The notes below the pieces were generated by a model that did not search any database, had not been told where the DNA came from, and worked only from the letters and a program-made list of their open reading frames with translations. Below, piece after piece: positions 38,916 to 51,700 of a DNA stretch of 64,000 nt. This stretch comes from Blasia pusilla (taxonomy: Eukaryota), in assembly GCA_050084515.1 (NCBI GenBank), contig CM114271.1, positions 10,726,001 to 10,790,000 of the forward strand. The letters run 5' to 3'. The translations under genes and the position numbers were made by a program. Numbering within the stretch: position 1 is the first letter of the stretch; each line of letters opens with the position of its first letter.

Positions 38916-41900
38916 TGCTCACCGGAGCAAGGGCTGCTTTCATTATTCTTTGCATTTGCCAATTTTTTGTGTGAAACAGTGGCGCGGAAGCGCTGCCCAA
39001 TTTTTGATAGGGATTGAGTATGGGGGCGGGTTGCCCCATGCTGATGCTCTTGGGAGCACCATGTAGCTTTCTGATTTGTATTTTTACAGATGTTACATTT
39101 TCGTTCAGAGAAATCAGCGCGGGAGCGCTGGCGAATTTTGTGTAGGAGAAAGAGACATTGGGCTTTACGACAGTCCCTGTCAGTTTTTACTGAAATATCC
39201 GATTTTAAATATTTTTTGATGCTGGCGTAGATCGTGAAGCTATGCAACAAACAGTGCGCAATTTGGAGTTGCGAGCAAAAAGTTATGGTCAATCTTGTAA
39301 AGCTGCCATTGCTAGGCGATTTTTAGGGTTAAATTGTGCAAACCCTAAATCAGCCGCCACACCGGCAGCGGCCGTTGCCATCATAGTCACCGTCAACGGT
39401 CAACGGTCATCGTTGATGGTCAACCGTCACCGTCATCGGTCGGCCATCACCATCAGCGTTCAACGGTCCACCGTCCATTGTCCACCCTTTGGGTGCCATT
39501 GCCGCCATTACGGAGTGGAGGGTCTTCCACGACGTTTGTTGATTCCTTGACTTGCGTCGCCATCACGTACTTTGTTTTGGCCGCCACCGTCATCGTAGTT
39601 TCTTCATCAACCAGTGATGGCAGATGACCTCCGGTTATGGTGTTTCAGTTTTGATTTCATGCTGCTATGTTGTGATTGGTAGCTGCTCGACAACGATCGA
39701 GTATCGTGCCGTGACGCCCGTAGCCAAAACGCGCCGCCGATTGCCGAGCCGTGCCGCTCGTGGCCGCACCGCACCGTCTCAATCACGGAGCCGCACCGTC
39801 ATTGTGGAGCAGAGTGTGGGATTATTATTGATTGAGGAGGGTATGCCGCCGAGTGCCGCATCCCACCATCGAGGGCCGTGCCGTTCAGTAGCCGCCCCGT
39901 CGCCGCCGCAACGCCGACCGTTCATTGGGACCGCATTGTCTATCGAGGAGTTTTGAGCAAAGATCATCGACGGGAGGAGTATGACTTGCTGATTGGAGGA
40001 GTTGTCTCCACGATCGAGTTGGGGTCGAGATTTGCAGTTGCTGAGGAGCGACATCGACATGTGTTCAGGTTACCCATTCTAGTCATTTACCCTTCACGTG
40101 TGAGGGATTCTGGGATTTATTTGGGGATATTGGGTGTGTGGATGCTGAGAGCATCATTTATGTATGTGGTTTAGGGGACATAGACCTGTGTGGGATGTCC
40201 GGAGTTGAGGGTAGGTTGTCGATGAGATGATAGCCTGGTCGATTTGCCGCACCACGCCGCGTGTTGCCGCGACGTTACACGCTCGGGGAGAGAGTGTAGA
40301 TCGAGTGCCGCATGTTTGGGATGAGTGATTGAGGGATTCCTCACGAGGTTCAGAGTGATCGGGTGAGAGGGGCACGAGGGTCATCACGGAGTCCGTTCGG
40401 GACTTTGAGAGGCGAGGTGGTGAACCCGAGAGTAGCTCTAGAGGTTTTACGCGGAGTGGCGCGAGGTTCTAAGGGTCTCCACGTGAGGGACCACCTCGAC
40501 CTCCTTGTGTGTCATCGTCAGACGAGGGGGAGGGTGTAGAGGAGTTTGTGAGCATATCGCCACACGTTGTGAATGGTCCTACCAGTTGGGCGTACGAGAT
40601 GGACGACCGGGGTAGAGGACCGCGTAGGTTTTCAGGTGCAGTAGGCACGATTGAGTTGCACAATTTTATAGCAGAGTTTAGGAGTTGGTGCGACTCCCAG
40701 CGGGCCAGGAACTCTAGAGAGTTCAACCCATTTATAGCATGGAACGGTATGTTCCAGCATTTAGAGGGGGCGCCCATGGACGATTACCATGAGTTCTCTC
40801 AGAGATATGCATGTGAGATCGAGGCGTGGAGGCTCTACTATGACCCACATTATGTGTCATGGACGGAGCCGTTCCCAGATGAGGAGGAGAAGTCAGGAGA
40901 GGCTACTGCCTCTTCCACTAGTGACATTTTAGGAGGAGTCACTCACACAGGAGCAGTTGCACCATCTAGTCGGGTTCGTCCCAGGTTCAACCCTGTGGTT
41001 GAGTTCTTTGCTGAGTTGAGGGCGAGCTACCAGGGGGTACGGACGGAGAAGTTGCGGAGCATCCATGACTTCCAGAGGCGCCCGGGTGAGAGTTTGCGTG
41101 AGGCTTACACTCGCTTGCGCCGGTTGATCAACATCACTCAGGGGGTGACAGAGGCTCAGGCTATCGAGTCATGGTACGCGATGCTGGACCGGACCCTGCG
41201 GACACGGGTGCGGGAGGGGGTGCTTCTTATGAACACCTCCCCTACGTTGAGAGATGTTTTTAGGACCGCCGAGAACATTGAGCGCAACATGGCGGAGGAG
41301 AGCGTAGCCACCATGGGTTCTGGACGAGAGCAGTCACGATTGTCTACACTACCTGTGTAGCAACGTGGACTCCGAGATAGGTCGACTGTGGCACCACAAG
41401 CTCAGGGAGGATACCAGGAGGCCATGCCACAGAGACCTGCGCCTTCATATGCGGCTCAGCAGCAGCCGCCTACTATTACTTGTTGGTCATGTGGTGGAGC
41501 CCATCATCAGCACGATTGCACTCGTCAGGGTCATGGACGTGTGCCTCAGCATGGAGGAGGAGATGGTGTTGCACCAGGAGGTTATCAGTGTCACTATTGT
41601 CAGAGGTATGGTCATACACGCGCCAGGTGTTTCAATTTACATCCTGAGTTACGTCCGGACCGAGGGCCAGAGAGGGCACCTAATCGAGTAGCCGGTGTGG
41701 GTGGGCCTAGAGATCGTGCACCAGGTGGTCCCGTTGGGGGACGAGGAGCTGGAGTTGCCCGACAGGGTGGTGGAGTTGCCCGTGGAGGAGGTAGAGTACC
41801 ACCACCTAGACGCGCCGAGGAGACGGGGGACGTGGAGGCCGGGATGGTCGCCGATACTGCCAGCCTACTGAGGAGCAGATTACCGCTATGGCATTGAGGT

Positions 41901-43309
41901 TACCCGATGCCGGATCCATGGCATCGACATCATATGGAGCAGCCAGAGATCTGGAGGATCCTGGATGGATGTGCGGGGTTGCCCAGATGGAGGCCGCCGT
42001 AGTTGTGACGCGTGGAGCAGCCGCAGAGTTGGATCCACAGCGAGGAGAAGCCGGAAGACAGACTAGGCTTCCTCAGTCTTTGACGTTGTCCGAAGCGATG
42101 AGGACCCCATCGATGGGTCCTCATCAAAGTTCCTGGAGAGTTGGTGATGTTGTTGGTGTGTAGGCACGGAGGGCGATGGGAGAAGCGAGTGCGACGACTC
42201 CTATTGTTGATGCTCAGGAGGGGCATGTGTCGAAAGCACGTTGTTGGGGGGGCCACCGTTGTGTATCGCACTCCTTTATTTTTCGCTTCCGATGTTGTGA
42301 CGTTGAGGGCACGCCCGCCGAGGCTTTTTCGGCTGGCCGCTTCACTATGTGAGCGAGTTGGAGTTCTTGCATCACGTTGAGGTGATTGCAGAGGAGGTGA
42401 TGGACTGCCCTTGGAGCGGATGCTCGGGCCGCCCACGCCGATTCATGGCAGTCATGGGCCGCTAGGATGGCGGAGATGCCCGCTAGACCCGCGATAGATT
42501 GTGCCATGGCTTCTCCTGGTGTTGTGATGCTGGATAACCGAGGAGAGGTCTTCTAGTTGGTGAGTCCTAGAGGTATAGCTTTTAGTCCGCAGCACGTCTT
42601 GTTGGATTCAGGAGCGCAACCCTTGATGTTGGGGAAAGCGTCATTCAGAGGATTGGGCTTGACGAGAGCCGATGTGGAGCGTTGTCCATTCCGGATATAG
42701 ACATCCTTGGGTGGAGCGAGTACCACACAGTATATCACCGGACAGGAGGTCGTGGTGAGGATTCGCCCGGGACATCCTATAGATGAGTCCGTGGTGCGCG
42801 CCAAGGCGATAGTGACTGATGCAGAGTCCTACAACGTCTTGGTTGGTGGAGTAGTGTTATACCCGATGGGGTTTTCCCTGGATTACTAGGAGGAGTAAGC
42901 TTCCTACAGACCAGGATGGCAGTCAGGTGATGGGCGCCTTAGCTCATTACCCGTTCGATTCACAGGTGTAGTGATCGAGCAACGGCCAGGAGAGATGGCG
43001 ACCTTAGCAGCATTTAGCAGTGCCATCACTTGGCCTAGTGATTTGATTGAGGGACATGTCCATGCAGAGGATACTCCCGTTCCTGACATTTCTATGGAGA
43101 GGAGTGTTATGGTAGCTGCATCATTCCGTGGAGGAGAGGTGCCGTTGTGGGGCTCGACTGAGGAGCTTCAACGATTGGCAGATGAGCACGTGCAGACCGC
43201 GTGGAGCGAGGCGTTTGCACCGGAGTGTGATGGGTTTGAGGAACCCGAGGTAGCAAGGAGTGCTACGATGACACCCTTGGATACCACACCCATTGTGTGG
43301 TGTACCCCA

Positions 43310-44230
43310 GAGGAGGGTATTCGAGTGTTAGATCTCTTTGGAGGGATTAGCACCGGGTTAGCTGCTGTTTTGCAGGCAGGAGTGTGAGTAGAGCAGTACC
43401 TGTATGTGAAGAGTGATGATGTTGCGACGCGCGTCTCACTACGACATGTGGCGCAATTATGGTTACGTTTTCCCGACTTATTGTCTACGTCCGCAGTACA
43501 GGGGTACCAGAGTTCCCTACCGAGGGATATTTTGTTGTTGGGGGTGTAGGACTTAGAGCGGGTAGGGACCATTGATTTGGTCATTGCCGGTTGGCCATGT
43601 CAGGGCCAATCGAGTGCTAGACGAGGCAGCGGGTTGGCTGACACTCGGTCCAGGTTGTTTTGGGAGATGTTGAGGGTCTTACGGCAGTTGCAGGAGCACC
43701 AATCTTGTTCTCCAGCCTACATTTTGGAGAATGTGCTGATCTTAGGAGACTCCAGGTCGCGGGTGGTGACGAGTGCTCATCAGGTGCATGCCTCGATCGG
43801 CCCAGCAGTGTTCTTGGATGCGGCGAGTGTAGGTTCTAGAGCCCATCGCCCGCGTCTATGGTGGACCAACTTAGTGCCCCATGCGGTGTTATGGAGGGCG
43901 TATGCGAGAGTGGAGCGCTCCTCCCATTTGTTAGTGGATTCCATTCTGGATCCAGGTCGTCGATCACAGGCAGTGAGGCACGATGATCAACCACCGTTGA
44001 TCGGGTCAACAGTAGGTAGGCAGCCGCGGCGCCTTGCCCACGTTTGTGAGTTTTTCCGCTTCCTATGCATACAAGGAGGCCGGTCTTGGCTTGGTTTGGG
44101 ATGACCAGGTTCAGCGGTTGGTGGAGCCCAACGCCCAAGCGAGAGAGAGCGGCGATGGGATTTCCACAGGAGTGACGGCAGTACCATCAAGTGTCGAGGC
44201 ATCACGACGCCATGTCTTGGGTCAGCGATG
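43310..44230 (+). pseudogene. C5-cytosine DNA methyltransferase domain within gypsy pol
   Basis: Motif I IRVLDLFGGISTG, motif IV IDLVIAGWPCQG, motif VI YILENV, motif VIII AHRPRLWWTN, in canonical order. Confidence 0.92.
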
Positions 44231-47200
44231 GACTGAATCGCTTGACATGGATCTCGGCTTGGGAGTCGGCGGCGTCGTATGAGATCGCGACAAATCACGG
44301 CCGGTTGTGTTGGTGAGCCCCATGCCTACCGAGACGGTGGAGGTGGAGTGGTTTGGGGCGAGACCCGAGGAGATCTACGCACCAGGGAGATCGGGAGAGA
44401 CACCCTTGGACTTCTTGGGATGTTTTGCAGGTAGGCAAGGAGATGATAGCCACAACATCGAGCGTGGTTTCGGGCACTGCACGTGGAGGAGATTAGAGTT
44501 TGCAGTTGGCTGCAGGAGAGCGGCCGAGTGTTGTTGTTCGAGACGGGGTTGCACCATAGCAACCACCAATACCCGCGCCGGAGATTCCTACCGTAGTCAC
44601 GATGGAGACTTGGGAGCCAGATATGGGCCCTAAGTTGACAGGAGGAGAGCGGCGCCGAATACATCAGTTCCTCAGGAGTTATAGGAGCTACTTTGCGTTT
44701 AGCATGGAGGATTTGGGTATGCTGAAGGGACCGGGGATCCGCATTGAGTTGTCGAGTGATATGCCGATCTTCCGACGACCCTACAGGTAGAGTGATATGG
44801 AGAGGGCTCTGATTCAGAGTAGGAGCCATGACTTGGTCGGAGTAGGACTAGTGGAGATGTCGCATGGGGAGTATGCATCTGCCATTGTCATGCCCGCCAA
44901 GAAGGATGTGCATGGCAACTGGACGGATAGGCGGATGTGTGGGGATTACCGACCTATCAATCGGCAGACGAAGTCCGATAGGTATTCCATGCCCACCCCT
45001 GAGGAGATCTTTGATGCGATTGATCACGCCAAGATCTTCAGTTCATTGGATTTGCGAGCCGGATACCATCAGCTGCCTATCAGATTGGAGGACACGCAGA
45101 AGACGGCATTTTGGGGCATCGATCCTCACGGGAAGGATTGTTTGTACCAGTGGCGGTTCTTACCATTTGTTAAAGAACGCCCGGCTGAGTTTCGTGAGGG
45201 TCATGGATAGGATCTTGGTGGTCTGGATTTTGCTAGGTGTTATATTGATGACATCGTAGTCTTTAGCGCCACGGTTGAGGAGCATGAGCAACATCTAGAG
45301 GAGGTGTTTCGACGATTGCAATTACATGGGCTGAAGCTACATCCAGGCAAGTGCAAGTTCTTCTACGACCAGATTGAGTACTTGGGTCATACGATATACC
45401 CAGGGGGCTTTGGTGTTCAGCAGACGAAGGTAGAGGCTATCTCACGCATTCCACGCCCTGCAAATGTGAGCCGTGTTTGCGCATTCATGGGATTTGCGAA
45501 CTTCTATCGGCGATACGTCAAGGGATTCAGTTCGATTGCGAAGCCGCTGACCTTGCTGACCAAGGTGGATCACGAGTGGCACTGGGGGGATGATTGGAAT
45601 GACAGTAGAAGATGATGGTCTGATTTTATTCACTCTTCAAGGCCTTCCAAAGGATTACAAGTCCTTTGAGACCTCTGTCTCTGTGAGAGAGAAGTATCCA
45701 ACCTTTCAAGAGTTAGCCCCACTATTAATCAGTGAAGAGATGCGCATAGTAGGCAGCGGTAGCTCGTCTAGTCTACAAGAGAGTGCGCTATTTGCAGGTT
45801 ATGGATCAAATAGAGGCAGGGGTCGTGGTAGAAGCTTTTGTGGTTGTGGTGGATATCAAACATGTGGAAGAGGAGTCACTCAATATAATGTCACTTGATT
45901 AACTACGAATCAGTACTAGACACAATCACAAGGTGGTGACGGCGGAAAACCGTTGGGGTTGAGATCAACAGTAGAGGATGCCTAGATCTTGCAAATACTG
46001 TGGGATAAAGGGTCACTATGCAAAGTTTTGCTTCAAGAAGAAAGCAGATATGAGAATAGGAGCCTTATAGCAACAAAACTATGTGGAGCAACAACACCAA
46101 GGGCAGTACCAAGAACAACAACATTCACAAACTAAGCATCTCTTGGTCATGACTCATCATATGGGAGCAATGGTCAAGAAAGACTCCACAGAAGATTGGT
46201 ACATTGACTCTGGTGCATCAAATCACATGACCTCACAAGCTAAATGGTTAAGTAGTATGGAGCCGATGAAAGATCATGGAATTGTACTCATCGCAAATGA
46301 CACTCAACATCATATCACGCATACCGATAAAGTTCCAATAACATCAGATAGTCTTTGTGCTCTTGGAAATGTTCTCTATGCTCCTACCATTGCAAGAAAC
46401 TTGATCTCTGTAAGACAGATAGAAGAACATGATTATCAAGTGAAGTTTAACACCGATGGTTGTTTTATTGAAACAATGGATGACCAGACTTTGATATCCA
46501 AAGGAACTAGATTTGGCAGAATGTTCAAATTAGATGTTTCTATGCCAAAGATTCAAACAACAATGTATGGTCAATCTGGCCAACAAGTCACAGATCTAAA
46601 TGTGTGGCATAAGAGAATTGGACAAATGAATCTTCAAATATTACAGAGTCTTTCATCATCTAATATAGATAGGACTTCCTAAATTAGCGAGTCCTGCTAC
46701 GTTAGAGGTATGTCCTACTTGCCAATTTGGAAAATAAGCTAGATTTCGTTTTCCAAAGCAAGGTAGAAGAGCATCCAAGATATTGGAGTTGATTCACAAT
46801 GATGTCTGGACAACATCACAACATAGCCTTAGTGGTTGCCAGTACTTTGTTTCATTTATTGATGACTTCTTTAGGTATATATGGATATATATTGATGATT
46901 ATTTACGTTAGAGTGACATCCAACATCAAGTGACTTGCCGTTACACTCCACAAAAAAATGGAGTGGTTAAGAGGAAGAACCGACATATTGCTGAGGCGGT
47001 ACGAGCTATGCTGAATGAGAAGAACATGGCTAAAGAAGTATTGGGCAAAGGCTGTAGCGTATGTAGTCTTCTCAATCAACCAAACTCCAACAGTAGGAGT
47101 TCATGATAAGACTTCATTCAGAGTCTTGAGAGGAAGTAAACATGATTTTTCCTTCCTTAAAGTATTGGGTTGCATTTGTTATGCTCATATTTCTTCTGAA

Positions 47201-48728
47201 AGACGTAAAAAATTAGACGTCAAATCTGAAAGATGTATATTCATTGGCTACGCCAATGGAACTAAGGGATATAAGTGTTACATTCCATCCTCTACGCAAC
47301 TTATTATTAGTCGTGATGTTATCTTTAATGAGCTACAGTCATGGTGTGCTCCATCTGAGCCTATTCCACCTCTAAACTTGTCTGTTGAGGGGGAGAATAT
47401 GATTGTAAACCAACAGAAATTATTTTTAAATTTCCCAAGTACTAGCGCACGATTAGGAGAGGTCATAGATTCTTGAGTTAAATCTGTGAGTCCATGGACG
47501 GGAAGAGTACATATTCAGTCCGTTGACACTAGTCAGAGCTCGAGTCAGGTGTGAGAGGCATTTACCTCTGAACAACAACTTCTTAGATCAAGTAGAGTCA
47601 CACATCCTGTTCATAGATTCATAAATGAAGGTTTCCTTGTGACACATCATGCATATATGATGACTACCCTTCAAGAACAGGAGCTGAGTTGTTTTGAAGA
47701 AGCTGCAAGTAGATTCGAATGGATTGAAGCTATGGAGGAAGAACTTGTTGCATTAAGACATCAACAAACTTGGGAGCTGGTTGATATACCTTTCGGTAAG
47801 AAAGCTATTGGTTGCAAATGGGTTTACAAAATCAAGCGCAATTAAGATGGTATAGTTAATAGATTATGAGGAAACTTTTAGCCGTGTTGCAAAGATGGCG
47901 ACTATGAGAAGAGTGGTTGCAGTTGCATTAAGTAAGAAGTAGAGATTATATCACATGGATGTCAAGAATGCCTTCTTGAATGGAGATCTATATGAGGAGG
48001 TTTATCTGACTTGACCATCTGGATACGAGCATCATGAGTTTCCATTTTGCGTATGCAGGTTGAAGAAAGCTTTATATACGTGCTCAAACAAGCTCCAAGA
48101 GCTTGGTATGGCAAGATTACATACGTCTCACAAGAGTTGGGTTTTAGGATATGTGATTCTGACTCGTTGTTATATGTCTTGAGAGGACAAGATCATACGG
48201 TTATCATTGTGTTGTATGTTGACCACCTCTTGATTACTCGGAGTACTGAGGATATGGTACAACAAGTCAAGCTAAAATTACAAGAAAAATTTGATATTAA
48301 GGACGTGGGAGAACTCAAGTACTTCCTTGGTATTGAGTTTATCAAGGTTGGAGAGAGCATGTGGCTACTACAATGATAATATGCTCTTCATATGCTTTCA
48401 AAATATGGTATGACGGCTTGTAAGCCAATCTCTACACCGTTGGATCAGAGTGTGAAGCTAAGAGTGGATGAAGGAGAGTTGCTTGCAGATTCTAATATAT
48501 ACATACAGGCACATGGTTGGAAGTTTGATCTATATGAGTACAACCAGACCAGATTTGAGCTATGTAGTTGGTCTAGTGAGCCAATTTATGCAAGCATCTC
48601 GAAAACCTTACCTTGATGCTGTGAGGAGGATTATGCGGTATGTGAAATTCTCTGTTCAATTCGAGCTTCAATTTGAACCTTCTCCGAGTTTACAATTACA
48701 GGGATTCACAGATGTTGATTAGGTAGGA

Positions 48729-51700
48729 GGAGTCCTGGTAACTCAAAAATTACCCGAAGCTAAACGAAGCCTGCAACCCGTCGAATTCGGATGGGTTGCA
48801 CGCTTCTGCCAAACATTGTCGAAGCGAGCAACCCGTCGCTCTCCGACGAGTTGCTCGGATACCGCTCCTTCTTGCCCGAAGATGCCGGAGGCGTGCAAAC
48901 CGTCTGTTCCCGACGAGTTCCGCAGGCGCCTCACCTATTTGCCCAAAGACAGCGAGGCGTGTAACCCGTCGCCCTCCAACGGGTTGCGCAAGGGCCTCGC
49001 CTTGTGGTGCTTACATGAAGTGTGCAGCCAGCCAGACTCCGACGACTTGCACGGGAAGCCCGCGTTCTTAACCCTTGACGAGGGAAGCGTACAACCCAAC
49101 GGTCTCCCACGGATTGCCTGGGTACGTCCCATTCCCGTCCCAAACAAGGCGGAGGCACGCAACATGTCGGTCTCCGACGGGTTGCGCGGGTACCTCGCGT
49201 TCTTTTCCGAAGACGACGGAGGCGCTCAACCCGTCGGTCTCCGACGGGTTGCTCGCGCACGTGGCGATGTACCCAGGATGGCGGAGGCGCTCAACTTGTC
49301 GGACTCCGACGGGTTGCCATTTTTCACCTCCGGACTTCCGTAACCTCCGGCACGTCGCCGTCGAAAGGACGACGGGACCCAACGGTCAGCCCAACGGCTA
49401 GAAAAGTATAAATAGGGCAGAAATCGCTCATTTTTGGTTTCTCATTTCACGATCTTCATTCCTCACTCTCCCATGCAGCAGCTGATCAGATACAAAGGGG
49501 CGTTTCACACAGCGACACATCGCGAGTCGATAGGAGGGAACGAGAGCGAGACGGTTCGACCGGACGACAGCGAGACGGTTCGACTGAACGATCGTGAGAC
49601 GATTCGAGCTACCCATCAAGGCGATTCGAGCTACCCATCTCGACATTAGCAAGGCGACTGATCAAGGGATTCGTCGTGGACATAGGTGGAGGCATTTCTG
49701 GAAAAAATGACGAGGAAAAAATCACAAGCCAGCAAGTCTAGGAGCTTCACTCCGAAGTCCATTAGGACTCACAAGATCTCCTGGGCCTCGTTCGGAATGA
49801 AATTAGGCAAAGCAGGAAATTGAGGAGTGGGAAAGGGAAGTGGAGATGCACAACCAAGTGTGCTTTAGTAGACGTGTTCAAGAGGCGCTTGATAAACGAG
49901 TAACGCAGAGGCCGAGACGTCGCAGGCCTTGAAGAAAAGGATCGCCGACGAAAAGAGAGAAAAGAAGCGTTTGGACGCGTCGGTGAGGAGAGCAGAATTG
50001 GCTAAAGCGAGGAGGGGAAAAGCGATAGCCATTGACGATAGCCCTGCCTGTCCAACCGAAAGTGTTGAGATGCGGGAAATGTCCCCCATGAAGTCCAGGG
50101 ACACAATCAACATAGTGGAAACGCCAGAAGTTCAAATCGATGACGACGAGGTCATGAGGACCGCCAGTGTGGAGATGGTGGACATGGCCAAAGAAGCCGG
50201 AGAGCGGTCATTCTCGACTCCAAGCTCGGCGGAGGACATCGACCTCTATCGGATCGACGAGTTCCCAATCGATTTGCCAGCTTCTGTCTCAGACAAGTTG
50301 GCTGGTCAAGAAACCGACCCCATTTTCGAGCGGGTAAGAGAGGATCTGGGTGTTTTGAATTATGTGAATTGCAATTCATTGGGAATTCACTGTAACTTAT
50401 TGATCTTGTCCTGGTTCTGACAGGTGGTAAAGCAGATGGTACTCATGGAGGGCCACAACGCCCCGAGGATTCCACTCTGCCAATTGCGGACAATGGAATA
50501 CGTCCGCGAAACTCAGTCCGACGAGGACATCGCGAAGCTTAAACAATCGGCGGCGACATCATCCTACGTCGACAACTTTCCTCCCTTCAATTAACTGCCT
50601 TACGACGAGCATGGAACCCAAGCTCTGGTTACGGAGGAGGACTTGGAAAAGGTCGACACATTCTGGAGGATGCGAGACCAGGATTTCAGAAGGCAAGTTG
50701 AGGGCACGAAATTCAGCTGGATGAGGAATCTGCATTTCTTCATCTGGGATGGAAATCACAGGTTCATGGCGTGGACCAAGTTTGCAGAGGAGCGGCCCAA
50801 CTCATTGGAGGCACATTTTTGCGTGAAGGCGTGGTCCTTCACCCATTCCCTCATCACATGGCGACGGTGGAGATGGCAATGCATGCCATGAACACGTGAG
50901 TATCTTTAACACTTACGCAACTTTCGTCGGGGACGGTTGTTGGGATGTTTTTAACACTTACGCAACTCGCCGGACTCCGCGAGTTGCTCGATTGATGAAT
51001 GGGTTAGGTTTTTTTGCGAAAGCAACTCGTCGGACTCCGACGGGTTGCTCGACTCGACGCTTTTTCGGATGTTTTTTTAAGAATGCAACTCGTCGGACTC
51101 CGACGAGTTGTTCGATTGACCACAGATTTAATTAGTTTTTGGCCCAAAGCAAACCGTCGGAGTCCGACGGGTTGCTCGACTCGCCGCCTTGTCAGGATGT
51201 TTTTTGAAGAATGCAACTCGTTGGACTCCGACGAGTTGTTCGACTGACCGCAGGTTTAGAATGTTTTTTGCCCAAAGCAACCCGTCAGAGTCCGACGGGT
51301 TGCATTCGGAAGTTGGTTCCCCAAATTTCGCGTCAAATTGCAAGTTTCCATTCAATTGTGCAACCTGTCGGACTCCGACGGGTTGCTATGTTCACGTTAG
51401 TATGTTCAGTTGCACAACCCGTCAGGGTCCGACGGGTTGAAACCAGGCATTAGCAAATCTGAATGCAATCCGTCGGACTCCGACGGGTTGCATCATTTAG
51501 CTCGTTCCTAGAATCCGACCTTGAGCTGTGACGACCCGTCGAAGTCCGACGGGTTGCAAGAACCCATGTAATTTCCTGACGGGTTGAGTTTGGATGTGCA
51601 GGATTGTATCGGAGGGGAATGTCACCCACCACTGGATCCAGGACTGCGATCGGGTGAGGAAGGTGCTTACGACGCACCCAGGAGAGTACAGGGGTTCTTG

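Larger units (their letters stand above)
38206..45589 (+). mobile_element. Gypsy-type element 3 (5' leader, gag, PR, DNMT, RT); 3' part lost at a copia junction
   Basis: gag ORF 40509-41360 plus Zn knuckles. LLDSGAQP at ~42600. DNMT at 43310-44230. RT motifs RMCGDYRPIN, LDLRAGYHQL, YIDDI at 44800-45590. Left boundary approximate. Confidence 0.88.

Noticed and set aside
39242-40387. Protein-coding ORFs in the GC-rich leader of element 3
   Set aside because: Short, overlapping in several frames and without recognisable motifs; likely non-coding leader.
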